Shown: piece after piece, positions 47,953-57,642 of the stretch | Numbering within the stretch: the first letter of the stretch is position 1 | How the letters are laid out: every line of letters starts with the position of its first letter | The notes under the pieces: model-generated | What the model saw: only the letters and a program-made list of their open reading frames with translations | Told to the model about the DNA's origin: nothing | Database searches by the model: none | Origin: a virus | Lineage: Duplodnaviria; Caudoviricetes | Strand: one strand, 5' to 3' | Virus record (IMG/VR): IMGVR_UViG_3300020399_000003 | Coordinates: 1-64,000 of that record | Length of the DNA stretch: 64,000 bases | Made by a program: the position numbers and the translations under genes

Positions 47953-48037
47953 TGTATTCTTGACATTGCTACAATATAAGCAATTAACAAAATAGTAACA
48001 ATAGCGGATACTCCACCCAAGATCCAAAGAAATATTT

Positions 48038-48700
48038 TCATTTTGTTTTAGTCATAGCTGCAAGTGGATTCTCCAGAGCTTTCATAATCTTCTTATCAAT
48101 CTTCGTTTCTAATGCTTCTATTTGGGAATCAACTTTTGTAAGCTTATCATCCCATCTTTTAGATGTATCAAGTATTAGTTCTCTTACTTCTTTCTCTGTA
48201 TTCCGCATAGCTTGCCTAGTCTCTAAGCCGTCTGCTCTCGATCTTTTATCTATAGCATCAATCTGATCTAGTTGTTGATTAACAGTGTTTTTAATATCTG
48301 TTCTAATATCTCTGGCTGTTGCCTGAGCATCAGATACTAAAGTTTGTACTGCTAATATTTCGGCTCTTATTGTATCTTCTGTTTCAGTAACTACTGCTCC
48401 TAATGTCCTGATTTCAGCATTAATAATTTCTTTTAGTGCAGTGACTTCTGTATTTACAACTTGTCGTTCAAGTTCTAATGAAGCTTTTACACCATCTACC
48501 GATGTTGTTATAACTTCTAAACGTTTATCAAAAGTTGCTAAATCTGGGGCTACATAAGTAGTAATTTGTTCTTTCATATCCATGTAGTCTTTATAGAATT
48601 CAAATCCTCCCCATAGTCCTCCGCCCAGTGTTCCTAGAAGCGGTAAGATAAGTAGTAATTTACCACCTGAGATTTTTATACCACCGTATTCAGCTTCCAT
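48038..48700 (-). CDS. membrane-anchored coiled-coil protein
   Basis: N-terminal TM LLLILPLLGTLGGGLWGG, long heptad region. Confidence 0.7.
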   Translation of the reverse strand: MEAEYGGIKISGGKLLLILPLLGTLGGGLWGGFEFYKDYMDMKEQITTYVAPDLATFDKRLEVITTSVDGVKASLELERQVVNTEVTALKEIINAEIRTLGAVVTETEDTIRAEILAVQTLVSDAQATARDIRTDIKNTVNQQLDQIDAIDKRSRADGLETRQAMRNTEKEVRELILDTSKRWDDKLTKVDSQIEALETKIDKKIMKALENPLAAMTKTK

Positions 48701-48702
48701 AT

Positions 48703-50124
48703 TTATTTCTCAAAGTTATATTGTGAGTCAATCATTTTATTCATCATTTGGTCACTACCTAATGTGTAAATAGAGCTTAAAGGATCAATTAATGTTTTTT
48801 CATAAGGAATTTCGCTGACATACATTGGCATATCTGGTATACCCGCTTGTTGGTAGTCCTTAAATCCAGGTGCTCCAAGAGCGCCCATCAATGCTAATTT
48901 AGTTCCATCCACATCTCCTCCAGCCATTGAAACTACTTCTAAAACTCTTGAAACTATAGCTTGTACAGCTTTTGCTTTAGACGCATTAGTTTGTTTTACA
49001 TCTTGTTTTGATTCTTGTTTAGCTGCCGGTTTCTGTGGCTTTTTAGACTCACTTTTTGGTGTGCTTTTACTTACTGGTGCTGCTGGTGTACTTTTAGCTA
49101 CTGGGGCTGCAGAAGCTACAGGAGCTGCCGGTGCTGAAGGTGCTGCTTGTATTTTAGCTACAGCAGCAACTGCACTAGAAACTTGAGGTGCAGCGACAGG
49201 TGGTGCACTTGGAGCAGACATCCCTGTATTAATAGTTATTGGCTGGATTGTTCCGGCTGTGCTAGGAACCGATATAGTTATAGCCCCCGGACTTACTGCT
49301 ACAGGGACATTGAGCATTTGTTGTCCAGCTGGGGTAGCAATAGTAATTTGCATATTTGTTCCCACACTAGCATTTACAACCTGACCTAAAGGAGATGGAG
49401 TTGTTGGAGACATGTCGTTGTTCTGCATGATATCTTGGCTACTAACAACAATATCATCAACTGCATTAGCTACTAAATCTAGAATAGTATTTTGAACTTG
49501 ATCATTAATAATATCGTATGTAGCAGTTAGATTAATCATATTCGTTTGCGGTCCACCATAACCACCACTTAAACTTGCTCCATCGAGGATTAAACCAAAT
49601 GTTGCTAAGGAATAGGTTAATGTATTCTGTGGGACAATTAATTGACTTGTTACTGTTTGGTAGTCTTGACCTGCAGGAGTTGTAAATGAAGCTAAATCTG
49701 AATAAGTAGTAGTTCCATCTGTAACTTCAATTTTCATAGTAAATGGATCTCCGCCTATATAATTTCTATCCCGTAATCCAACAGAAGCATCCATAGTGAA
49801 CCCCTGAAGCATTTCTTCTTCAGTTAGGAATGATTTAACATCATTAGTAATCTTCCATTCTGTATCAATCCCATAATTGTAGTTTGGATAAAGAGCACCA
49901 TGATGATCCCAATAAACGACATCATCATCATCACCACCATCTGAAGCAATATCACTTCTTGGATCAAAATTATAATTTGTACATCTTGTTGAACAGGAGG
50001 TTTCTGCACCAGCTGAATCTTCAGTAACGTCAGCAGTTGTTTTTGTATCTGCATTGGAGATTGCACAAAAACTTATTTGCGCTAAAAGAATAACTAAAAA
50101 TATAGCTAATTTAAAAATCGTCAT
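48703..50124 (-). CDS. secreted/exported protein with Ala/Pro/Lys-rich linker
   Basis: Signal-peptide-like N-terminus, beta-rich domain, low-complexity linker. Confidence 0.65.
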   Translation of the reverse strand: MTIFKLAIFLVILLAQISFCAISNADTKTTADVTEDSAGAETSCSTRCTNYNFDPRSDIASDGGDDDDVVYWDHHGALYPNYNYGIDTEWKITNDVKSFLTEEEMLQGFTMDASVGLRDRNYIGGDPFTMKIEVTDGTTTYSDLASFTTPAGQDYQTVTSQLIVPQNTLTYSLATFGLILDGASLSGGYGGPQTNMINLTATYDIINDQVQNTILDLVANAVDDIVVSSQDIMQNNDMSPTTPSPLGQVVNASVGTNMQITIATPAGQQMLNVPVAVSPGAITISVPSTAGTIQPITINTGMSAPSAPPVAAPQVSSAVAAVAKIQAAPSAPAAPVASAAPVAKSTPAAPVSKSTPKSESKKPQKPAAKQESKQDVKQTNASKAKAVQAIVSRVLEVVSMAGGDVDGTKLALMGALGAPGFKDYQQAGIPDMPMYVSEIPYEKTLIDPLSSIYTLGSDQMMNKMIDSQYNFEK

Positions 50125-50674
50125 CCCACTCTACCTCTCCACTAGAATATGTATTACCTGTATGGTTATTTAGATCAACAACTTTTTGATTTTCTTTTTT
50201 ATTTTTCCATTCATCATAATCAGGTCTTCTATGGGGTTGTTTATCCCATATCTGTTTCGCTTCTTCTCCAAGTTTGCCATCAACGGGACAGGGTGTTCCT
50301 GCCTGTTCCATAGCTTGAAAAACTCTAGTGTCTTGGCATAGCAAAGATACAGAAGCAACTTTCATTCCCATACCATATAGAGAACGTGCAAGCTTTAATC
50401 TTTCACAGTTCTTATCCACAACCGTATTACCAAAAGAAAGACCAAACCACGCAGATTGAGCTGCACCAGCCATTGCGGTAGTACAGACATCCTGGTTATT
50501 TAACATTATGTTTGGAGAAGCAGCAGTACTAGGTGTTCTATCTACTGTTGTTGTACCAGTAACAGTCCCAGAAGATGTAACAGTTGAGGATACTGTTGTA
50601 TTAGTATCTACAGCAAATGCAAGGGAGGGAATAAATAGAATAATAATAAGAGGTAAAATCTTCCATGATTTCAT
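50111..50674 (-). CDS. exported Cys-containing protein
   Basis: Signal peptide; DVC..., KNCERLKLARSL, SLLCQD..V..AM..AGTPCP. Confidence 0.7.
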   Translation of the reverse strand: MKSWKILPLIIILFIPSLAFAVDTNTTVSSTVTSSGTVTGTTTVDRTPSTAASPNIMLNNQDVCTTAMAGAAQSAWFGLSFGNTVVDKNCERLKLARSLYGMGMKVASVSLLCQDTRVFQAMEQAGTPCPVDGKLGEEAKQIWDKQPHRRPDYDEWKNKKENQKVVDLNNHTGNTYSSGEVEWDDDF

Positions 50675-50683
50675 GCCATAACC

Positions 50684-50776
50684 TCATTTACGTGGTTTTT
50701 TAGTAGGTTTTCTTCGAGGTTTACGTTTAGGTGGTCTTCCGCGTCTGTTACCATACGTTCCAATTCCTCTAGGCAT
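50684..50776 (-). CDS. small basic peptide (30 aa)
   Basis: Read by eye: MPRGIGTYGNRRGRPPKRKPRRKPTKKPRK. Confidence 0.6.
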   Translation of the reverse strand: MPRGIGTYGNRRGRPPKRKPRRKPTKKPRK

Positions 50777-51087
50777 TATTCATTGTTCTCCGTATCTTTA
50801 GGATCACAGACTTCTAAATAGATATCATTATTTTTAGCTACTTGGGCTAAATCCTCACTTACAATTGGAGGAGGATTATTCTGAAGTAACCATTGTTTAG
50901 TATCTTCACTAAACTTAACCTGTCCATACCAGGCACACTCTTTAGAATAATAAGTATCAGCGTTGTAGAGTCCTAGTCCGAAGTTGGCGACAGGAGCCGC
51001 CAATTCGGATAGAATACCCATACTGCTACAACCCGTCAAGAACGTCAGGCATACCAGCCCTGTCGCGAACCTTTGCTTTAGCTTCAT
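50776..51087 (-). CDS. lipoprotein (possible o-spanin)
   Basis: Lipobox FLTGC after hydrophobic leader; overlaps upstream membrane gene. Confidence 0.65.
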   Translation of the reverse strand: MKLKQRFATGLVCLTFLTGCSSMGILSELAAPVANFGLGLYNADTYYSKECAWYGQVKFSEDTKQWLLQNNPPPIVSEDLAQVAKNNDIYLEVCDPKDTENNE

Positions 51088-51313
51088 CGATTTCTTTCTC
51101 TACAGCTGGAGCTGCAGCCATTCCTTTTGGGTGATTAATATTGTTAAATACATTTCCAGCTAACCAATTGAAAATAGGCCAGACAGTTCCTAGTACTGGA
51201 ATTTTCTGTACAAATTTATCAGGTAGAGATCCAGTAATAGCAGTAAATACAAGTACTATTTGTCCTGCTATTGCAAACCATCCTTGTCCTTCAAACATTG
51301 CAGCAATATCCAT
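51026..51313 (-). CDS. membrane protein (holin/spanin-like)
   Basis: Two hydrophobic segments, charged tail. Confidence 0.55.
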   Translation of the reverse strand: MDIAAMFEGQGWFAIAGQIVLVFTAITGSLPDKFVQKIPVLGTVWPIFNWLAGNVFNNINHPKGMAAAPAVEKEIDEAKAKVRDRAGMPDVLDGL

Positions 51314-51314
51314 A

Positions 51315-51620
51315 CTAATCTCCTACGTTCATTTTTAAAGATTTAGGTGGCTCAACTGGCATCCAATAATTTGGGTGCCGAATAAATGTTGGAGTACTTA
51401 AATCATATACAGCGTAACAATCTGTTTCTGAAGATTTGAATACCATCTCCTTATTATTTCTAGGTCGAAATGAACATGATACTGGCGATGCGTTATAGCT
51501 CACCTCTAAGCCAGATTTATGTATTAACTGGACCTGCGTTGGAACTTGATTCACAGTCCAGAAAGCCATTTTATGTGGAGCAGGTATTACGAGTAAAATC
51601 GCAATAGCGAGCTCATTCAC
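51315..51620 (-). CDS. hypothetical protein
   Basis: ORF track. Confidence 0.55.
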   Translation of the reverse strand: MNELAIAILLVIPAPHKMAFWTVNQVPTQVQLIHKSGLEVSYNASPVSCSFRPRNNKEMVFKSSETDCYAVYDLSTPTFIRHPNYWMPVEPPKSLKMNVGD

Positions 51621-51811
51621 TTTTTCTTACGATCTTGCCCCATCTTCCAAGTAGCCGCACCGCCAATGCCTAGTACTCCCCAAGCTTCTTGATCGAATTG
51701 ATGATAGCCCATCATTTGACAAACCATCATTGCTATACCGATTAACATAATTGCGTACGTTTTGTGGCCCGGCATCATTTTATCCACAAATTGAATAATT
51801 GTTTTAATCAT
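51617..51811 (-). CDS. holin-like 2-TM protein
   Basis: GHKTYAIMLIGIA...WGVLGIGGAATWK, basic tail. Confidence 0.6.
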   Translation of the reverse strand: MIKTIIQFVDKMMPGHKTYAIMLIGIAMMVCQMMGYHQFDQEAWGVLGIGGAATWKMGQDRKKK

Positions 51812-52020
51812 TTTGGTGTATCTCCTTTATTTATTAAATGTGTGAGTACCATCTCAACATTGCGTTCTAGTGTATTAAGATCTGCTTTAGTCACAACAGT
51901 TTTTTCTAATGCAGTGATACGATCACTTAAACTATCGTGATTATTAAATACTCTCTTGGTAATAAACGTGCCTACTATGGCGAGACCACCAAGTAACATT
52001 TCATTAAGTTTGTCTGTCAT
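51808..52020 (-). CDS. holin-like / TM-coiled-coil small protein
   Basis: N-terminal TM then LSDRITALEK coiled coil. Confidence 0.55.
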   Translation of the reverse strand: MTDKLNEMLLGGLAIVGTFITKRVFNNHDSLSDRITALEKTVVTKADLNTLERNVEMVLTHLINKGDTPK

Positions 52021-52045
52021 AGCATTCTCCGTTATTAATCAACTA

Positions 52046-52600
52046 TTATTCTCCCATAGAATGATCATGTTTTATACCTCTAATCTGGATAGTTAACCGA
52101 TTATCTACAGCTGATTCACTAATAGGAGTAATTAAATGTCTTTCACAGTTATCAAAAATAACTAATCTACCAAATTGAGGCTTAACTACATGTTCTTTAT
52201 TGTCATTATCAAGCCAAACTAAAAATCCACCCCAATCAATATTCCAAACGGTATTAAGATATAATGTCGCACTGAAACTATACTTTATATCATCATGCAT
52301 AATTAGATGACTTAATGGTTCCCATTTATAAAAAGTATAAGTTATTGTAAAGGTAGGTTTTATTTGAACAATAGGAGCTAAATATTGTTCTAAATCTGCG
52401 TGAAGTTGCTGGCACCAAATATCCCTATTCCAGATACCCTGTAATTCTATTATACTAGGTGCTGTTCCCCACTTAACTTGTCTCCAATCGTCATTAGGTG
52501 CATGCATATCATCCAATATATCGATTGCTGTTTGTGGTGTTAGCACATTTTCATACAGGAGTGTCATTTTTAACCTGTTGAATTTGTTGAACTTTGCCAT
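52046..52600 (-). CDS. 2OG-Fe(II) oxygenase, prolyl-4-hydroxylase-like
   Basis: MHDD (HxD), SATLYLN..W..DWGG, PQFGRLVIF, H.ITP, RLTIQ. Confidence 0.88.
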   Translation of the reverse strand: MAKFNKFNRLKMTLLYENVLTPQTAIDILDDMHAPNDDWRQVKWGTAPSIIELQGIWNRDIWCQQLHADLEQYLAPIVQIKPTFTITYTFYKWEPLSHLIMHDDIKYSFSATLYLNTVWNIDWGGFLVWLDNDNKEHVVKPQFGRLVIFDNCERHLITPISESAVDNRLTIQIRGIKHDHSMGE

Positions 52601-52940
52601 CCTTTAAAACATATTCATCACCTGCTGTAAGATAATGTACAAATACACCATCAAAACTAGGATGGTAATGGGGGTGAGTTCTCTCGCCATTAACCTGATA
52701 ATGACCAGATACCGTAGCTTCTATATTTAGAGATTTAGCATCCGTAATATTATAAGCATTTGTTAAGTAATACCGAATAACTTCATTCGCAATCTTTTCA
52801 TATTCTTTTACAAAATCAAATGTTGGGTCTAGAACAGCTTTATTTACAATTAGTTCCATCAATTTTATCTTTATATCTTCAGGGGTGTTTAACTGCATTT
52901 TGCCAATCTTTGTGGTCCAATTTTTAGTTATTTTCATCAT
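52551..52940 (-). CDS. N-terminal half of 2OG-Fe(II) oxygenase (split gene or fragment)
   Basis: RTHPHYHPSFDGVFVHYLTAG present; no DPRP/WHES C-terminal half. Confidence 0.7.
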   Translation of the reverse strand: MMKITKNWTTKIGKMQLNTPEDIKIKLMELIVNKAVLDPTFDFVKEYEKIANEVIRYYLTNAYNITDAKSLNIEATVSGHYQVNGERTHPHYHPSFDGVFVHYLTAGDEYVLKDGKVQQIQQVKNDTPV

Positions 52941-53772
52941 AGATTGTCGATAAAGGTTTTACTATCGTAGAATTTGTTTTTGTCAGTATTCTGTAATTAA
53001 TAACGATTGATACTCTTATTCCACTTCCTGTAAACGTATTAGACTCATGCCAAATACAGGCAGGATGCATCAGTAGAGTTCCAGTTACAGGACTCCATGC
53101 AAGCGCTTTATTACAATAAGGATAATTTTGTGAGGGTCTTGGATCTTGAAGTATTAAATTACCAGAACCATCAGTATTACTAGTTTTTAAATTATTATCT
53201 AAATCAACAGGATACCTATTATCATCTAGTACATATTCATTACCCGCTGTTAAATAGTAAATTAGCACACCATCAAATCCATGATGGTAGTGAGGGTAGG
53301 TTCTACCACCGTAAACTTGATGATTACCAAATGATCTAGCTTCTATATCAAGATCATCTATATTCGTAATACCGTACGCTTCAGTAATATAGTCTCTAAT
53401 TATTTTATTTGAGATTTTCTCAAATTCTCTAATTGCGTGTGCATTAGGATCATCGTTAGGGTAAATAAAAATGTTTGAACCATCATTTGCTATTACCTGT
53501 ATAAGTTGTTTTCTTAATTCTTCACCAATTTCTATTTTATCCTCGCCTAATGGTGTTGTCCAATGATCTGTAATTTCCATTGAAATTGGATGAATACCTT
53601 GTGCATACGGATCATTAACCTCCTTAGATTGATTTCTTTCAATCATAAAGGTTGGATCAGCCGTAGTAAACAAGACTTCATCACATTCAATTTCAACTGC
53701 TTTATGTAGATCAGAAGTAGCACCAGGGCAATTGATAGCCCCATTCGGAGGTATTACAAAGTAATCCTTCAC
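52924..53772 (-). CDS. 2OG-Fe(II) oxygenase (TIGR02466-like HxH type)
   Basis: RTYPHYHHGFDGV..YYL, LILQDPRP, HP..WHES, RVSIVIN. Confidence 0.85.
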   Translation of the reverse strand: MKDYFVIPPNGAINCPGATSDLHKAVEIECDEVLFTTADPTFMIERNQSKEVNDPYAQGIHPISMEITDHWTTPLGEDKIEIGEELRKQLIQVIANDGSNIFIYPNDDPNAHAIREFEKISNKIIRDYITEAYGITNIDDLDIEARSFGNHQVYGGRTYPHYHHGFDGVLIYYLTAGNEYVLDDNRYPVDLDNNLKTSNTDGSGNLILQDPRPSQNYPYCNKALAWSPVTGTLLMHPACIWHESNTFTGSGIRVSIVINYRILTKTNSTIVKPLSTIYDENN

Positions 53773-53981
53773 TGTCCTGGCTGGATTAACTCGGTTAGTA
53801 CTCGATAATTCACAACAATTGCAACCCGTATTCCATTTCCTAAAAATGGATTTGATTCATGCCAGACATAGGAAGGATGGCATATTGCCATTCCAGACTT
53901 CGGTGTAATAACATGAGTCTTTTCGTTAATAGGATAATTAACTACTGGTCTAGGGTCTTGAAGTATTAGTTCTCCTGTCAC
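53769..53981 (-). CDS. C-terminal half of 2OG-Fe(II) oxygenase
   Basis: GELILQDPRP...HPSYVWHESNP..G.GIRVAIVVNY only. Confidence 0.7.
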   Translation of the reverse strand: MTGELILQDPRPVVNYPINEKTHVITPKSGMAICHPSYVWHESNPFLGNGIRVAIVVNYRVLTELIQPGQ

Positions 53982-55318
53982 TTGTCCTCCTTAGCATATT
54001 TTAGGGTCTCAAACCCAAATACATCTTTGCGATATTCTGGTAATGTTTCATGTTCAATTCTATGAAGAACATGCCCGGTTATCTCAAATAGGGAAGCTGC
54101 AAGCCACACTGCGTTGTCACTATAGGAGTTGTCGCATGACAATTCCCACTCTTTACTACCTCCTGACAAGAATAAACAAGAACCTTGACACAAATGAAGT
54201 ACTGGGCAAGTTCTACATTCTTCCCTATCAGACCAATGCGTTCCTGATTTTATATCAACAGATTCCAAATCATCCATTGTCCCAATCTTATGTGAAACAC
54301 CGCCTGGGTTATTACCAGACACCGTTACGTTTTGGCAAGTAGTCACGTTTCCATTCAGATCAACTGCCATTGTATTTGGTGAATCCATTCCGCATTTTTG
54401 CATTAAAGAACTAGAAGGTTGTTGGGATTTTAAAGAACCAATAAAATTCTCAATCTTTTGATTCAAAATAACAAAATGTTTTATTTTCTTATCCATAATT
54501 TCCCTAAAAGCTTTTCTTCTATAGCCAATATGTTCTTCTTCCGATTGCCATGACATAGAAGCTCCGCCTTCATCATATGCATCAACAGTTCCACCTTCAC
54601 CAATTCCAATCATCCCAAAGTTATTTATCATCCACCTTTGAATTTCTGCCCTACTATCGTTATCTTTATGAATCATAGAATTAACAGAAAATTTATTTCT
54701 TGGAACTAATAGATTCCTTAATTTGAATAACCATTTCTTTTGTTCTGGATCATCCAGTGGATCTGGACCTCTTGTTTTTTGTCCTATAGCATCATGTGAA
54801 ATAGATACACCAAAATCATATTTCAGGATAAAATCAATTATTTCTTGATTTATAAGAGAACCATTTGTAATAACACTATAGGTTGCATCAGGATATTTAG
54901 CATGTAGTTGTTCTGTAACTAATTTCATTTTATTAAAATACAAGAATGGTTCACCACCCCACATTTCAAAGTGTAATTCTTCTCCTACAGTAACTGTGTC
55001 AAATTTCTTTATAAAACTTTCAATTTCATTAGCATCTACATCTTCTGGCGAATATGTATCATCTGTATTTCTAGGTACAAATCTTTGTGAGCAATATTCG
55101 CAGGAATAATTGCATTTTAAACCAAGTTGTATTTTAATTTTTGTAAGATCACGTTTCCCTGCATCCATCTTATGAAATGGAATCCAATCTTTAAATGTGT
55201 CCTGCGGTACTACAATATCACCAGATTCGTAACGTAATTCAGACGTTTCATTATCGTAATCCAATACCATCTCGTTTCCGCTTTCTGGTGATTCTAAATG
55301 AAATTTAAATTTTGCCAT
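53978..55318 (-). CDS. radical SAM enzyme with SPASM-like C-terminus
   Basis: CNYSCEYC, WGGEPFL, ITNGSL, ISHD, KCG..., CRTCPVLHLCQGSC...C. Confidence 0.93.
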   Translation of the reverse strand: MAKFKFHLESPESGNEMVLDYDNETSELRYESGDIVVPQDTFKDWIPFHKMDAGKRDLTKIKIQLGLKCNYSCEYCSQRFVPRNTDDTYSPEDVDANEIESFIKKFDTVTVGEELHFEMWGGEPFLYFNKMKLVTEQLHAKYPDATYSVITNGSLINQEIIDFILKYDFGVSISHDAIGQKTRGPDPLDDPEQKKWLFKLRNLLVPRNKFSVNSMIHKDNDSRAEIQRWMINNFGMIGIGEGGTVDAYDEGGASMSWQSEEEHIGYRRKAFREIMDKKIKHFVILNQKIENFIGSLKSQQPSSSLMQKCGMDSPNTMAVDLNGNVTTCQNVTVSGNNPGGVSHKIGTMDDLESVDIKSGTHWSDREECRTCPVLHLCQGSCLFLSGGSKEWELSCDNSYSDNAVWLAASLFEITGHVLHRIEHETLPEYRKDVFGFETLKYAKEDK

Positions 55319-55319
55319 T

Positions 55320-56099
55320 TTATATCCTAATTAGTGGATCAATAGATTTACTTGTACTAATATTAAAATTAACAGTAATAGCTACACGAATACCAGAACC
55401 CATAAATGGATTTGACTCATGCCATAAATAGCCTGGATGTAATAACGTCAATCCTACTTCTGGTTTAAGATGCCAAGCCTTTCTATTATACGGATATGAT
55501 ATAGCAGGTCTAGGATCTAAAAGAATTAAATTACCCGGTTCTTCAAATTCTTTTGGATGTGTACTAGGAGCTGTAGGAGCAAATGATACAATTTTTACAG
55601 CTTTAGGTGCATCAATTAAAAAATCTTCCCAATTATTATTTTCCATACAATCTACATCAATACTAATCTCATCACCCAACGTAAGATATGTAATTGCTAC
55701 GCCATCATAGCCATGATGGTAGTGCGGATAAGTACGTTGTCCCCATGATTGAACATTACCAAAACATTTTGCTTCTATATCCATATCTGCCACATTTTCA
55801 ACATTCCACGCATTAGCAACATAATAACGAATTAATTCAGCTATATTTTTCTTATATAGATCAACAAATTCATTATCGGTAGAATTAGCAAATAAATTAT
55901 AATAATGTTTATTGCTATATCCATTCTCCATTGGATGAACATGTTGATATGTTTGTTTAACAATACATTTAATTAAACCAATTCGTACTTCGTCTGGCAA
56001 ATCAAAACTAATTAATCCAAGGCTACTTGACCAATCATCCCGCAGTTCAAACGAATTATTTAAAGGATGATCTATATTATTTAAATAATGGTCATTCAT
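55320..56099 (-). CDS. 2OG-Fe(II) oxygenase (HxH type)
   Basis: RTYPHYHHGYDGV, DPRP, HPGYLWHES. Confidence 0.85.
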   Translation of the reverse strand: MNDHYLNNIDHPLNNSFELRDDWSSSLGLISFDLPDEVRIGLIKCIVKQTYQHVHPMENGYSNKHYYNLFANSTDNEFVDLYKKNIAELIRYYVANAWNVENVADMDIEAKCFGNVQSWGQRTYPHYHHGYDGVAITYLTLGDEISIDVDCMENNNWEDFLIDAPKAVKIVSFAPTAPSTHPKEFEEPGNLILLDPRPAISYPYNRKAWHLKPEVGLTLLHPGYLWHESNPFMGSGIRVAITVNFNISTSKSIDPLIRI

Positions 56100-56887
56100 T
56101 CTAATGGTTTCAATAGTTCATTGTAACCATGTGAAACAATTCTAAAATTAACTACAATACATACTCTTATTCCTTCACCAAGCCACGGATTTGTTTCATG
56201 CCATACATAATTGGGATGAACAATTGTTAACCCTACTCTTGGGCTAATAGTATGTACTTTTTCCCAATACGGATAGCTTATTGCAGGTCTTGGATCTTGA
56301 AAAATTACTGTGTGACCTCCATGCCTAGCAGATTTTTCAAAATCTTTATTCATTTGTTCTTCTAAAGGTTTATCTTCATCACCCATTTTAAGATAATGAA
56401 CTAAAACACCATTAATATCTTGATGATAATGAGGATAAGTTCTAGCTCCCGGCTGTTGAACATTACCGAAACATCTTCCTTCAAGCTGCATATCATCTGC
56501 TTGTTGAACTCCCCAACCCTTACGAATGTAATAACGGATCATCTGGCAAGCTATTTCCTTAAATCCTAAAATTGAATCTTTTGCAAAAGGAAATTCATTA
56601 ACAGAATCAAAAAGATTATAGTGAGTAGTAGCATAAAATCCTTTTGAATGAGCCATTCCATAAAATTCAGGATTACTTTCTTTAAGTTCAGATAATGCTG
56701 TTTCTTTGTGTATTAAAACCTTTACTAGATCTTTCCGCATTTTTTCTGGCAGACTTGTATCAGACTCCATAAAAGGGGTAGTAAATTTCTGATCAATCTT
56801 TGCAAAATTATCTAAAGGATGACTAGTCGTATCTAGCGGTTCATCTTTTAAGTTTTTGTAAAACTCAACATGTTCTGCTGTTTTCAT
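56096..56887 (-). CDS. 2OG-Fe(II) oxygenase (HxH type)
   Basis: RTYPHYHQDINGV, DPRP, HPNYVWHET. Confidence 0.85.
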   Translation of the reverse strand: MKTAEHVEFYKNLKDEPLDTTSHPLDNFAKIDQKFTTPFMESDTSLPEKMRKDLVKVLIHKETALSELKESNPEFYGMAHSKGFYATTHYNLFDSVNEFPFAKDSILGFKEIACQMIRYYIRKGWGVQQADDMQLEGRCFGNVQQPGARTYPHYHQDINGVLVHYLKMGDEDKPLEEQMNKDFEKSARHGGHTVIFQDPRPAISYPYWEKVHTISPRVGLTIVHPNYVWHETNPWLGEGIRVCIVVNFRIVSHGYNELLKPLE

Positions 56888-57642
56888 GATATCCTCATGG
56901 ATTCTTCATCCGTGTATACATTCAAATTAGTTTGTACACTCCATCTTTGTTCAGTACCCCGATATGGATATACAGCATGATCTAACCATTTCGGAAAAAT
57001 GTAATAGTCCCCTACAGTTGGTATAATAAAACTAGTAGTTTCTGGACTATAATCATCTAGCGTACCTATATATTGGCTTTGCCATCTAAATTGTAACAGT
57101 CCGTCTGTTAAAAATCTTCCATTATTGTCAGGATTTTCTCGTGATTTAAAAGCATCTTGTCTAATATGTTCTGGTACTTTAATGTAACAGATTGTTGCAA
57201 GGCCAGTTCTTGCCTTAGTATAATGAGCATGTATAGGATTGTAATCATTCTGATTCATTTTTACAGACCAACAACTATCAATAGTTATTGTCCTATGCTC
57301 GTTCTCAACATTTACATTCGGTCTACCCATAAAATTTTGGTATGCGATACCTCCTTCTATAATTTCACTACAAAAGTTTCTCATTAATGGGTGTTCAATA
57401 TCTAAGTTTGATTGATCTCCAGATATATTAGCCGCTAATTCAGAATTTGCTGAATTGTCATTAACATTTGCAATATATTTATGTACATCCGTAATAATAT
57501 CTTTAGACATTCTACCTCTTAATACACTGATAGCATGAAATGATGTCATTTCTTTTGTTTCAGTAATTGGTGTAGTTACTGTAGTAGCTTGATGCCCCTT
57601 ATTATCTATTTTCATATTAGATAAGTTGGAAGAATATCCCAA
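56884..57642 (-). CDS. 2OG-Fe(II) oxygenase (divergent HxH type)
   Basis: DYNPIHAH, YIKVP, PTVGDYYIFPKWLDHAVYP, RWSV. Confidence 0.82.
   Translation of the reverse strand: MGYSSNLSNMKIDNKGHQATTVTTPITETKEMTSFHAISVLRGRMSKDIITDVHKYIANVNDNSANSELAANISGDQSNLDIEHPLMRNFCSEIIEGGIAYQNFMGRPNVNVENEHRTITIDSCWSVKMNQNDYNPIHAHYTKARTGLATICYIKVPEHIRQDAFKSRENPDNNGRFLTDGLLQFRWQSQYIGTLDDYSPETTSFIIPTVGDYYIFPKWLDHAVYPYRGTEQRWSVQTNLNVYTDEESMRIS

Noticed and set aside
48900-49250. Ala/Pro-rich GCTGC-type periodicity as a second non-coding array
   Set aside because: Period 3, in frame within the 473-aa ORF; it is a low-complexity linker.
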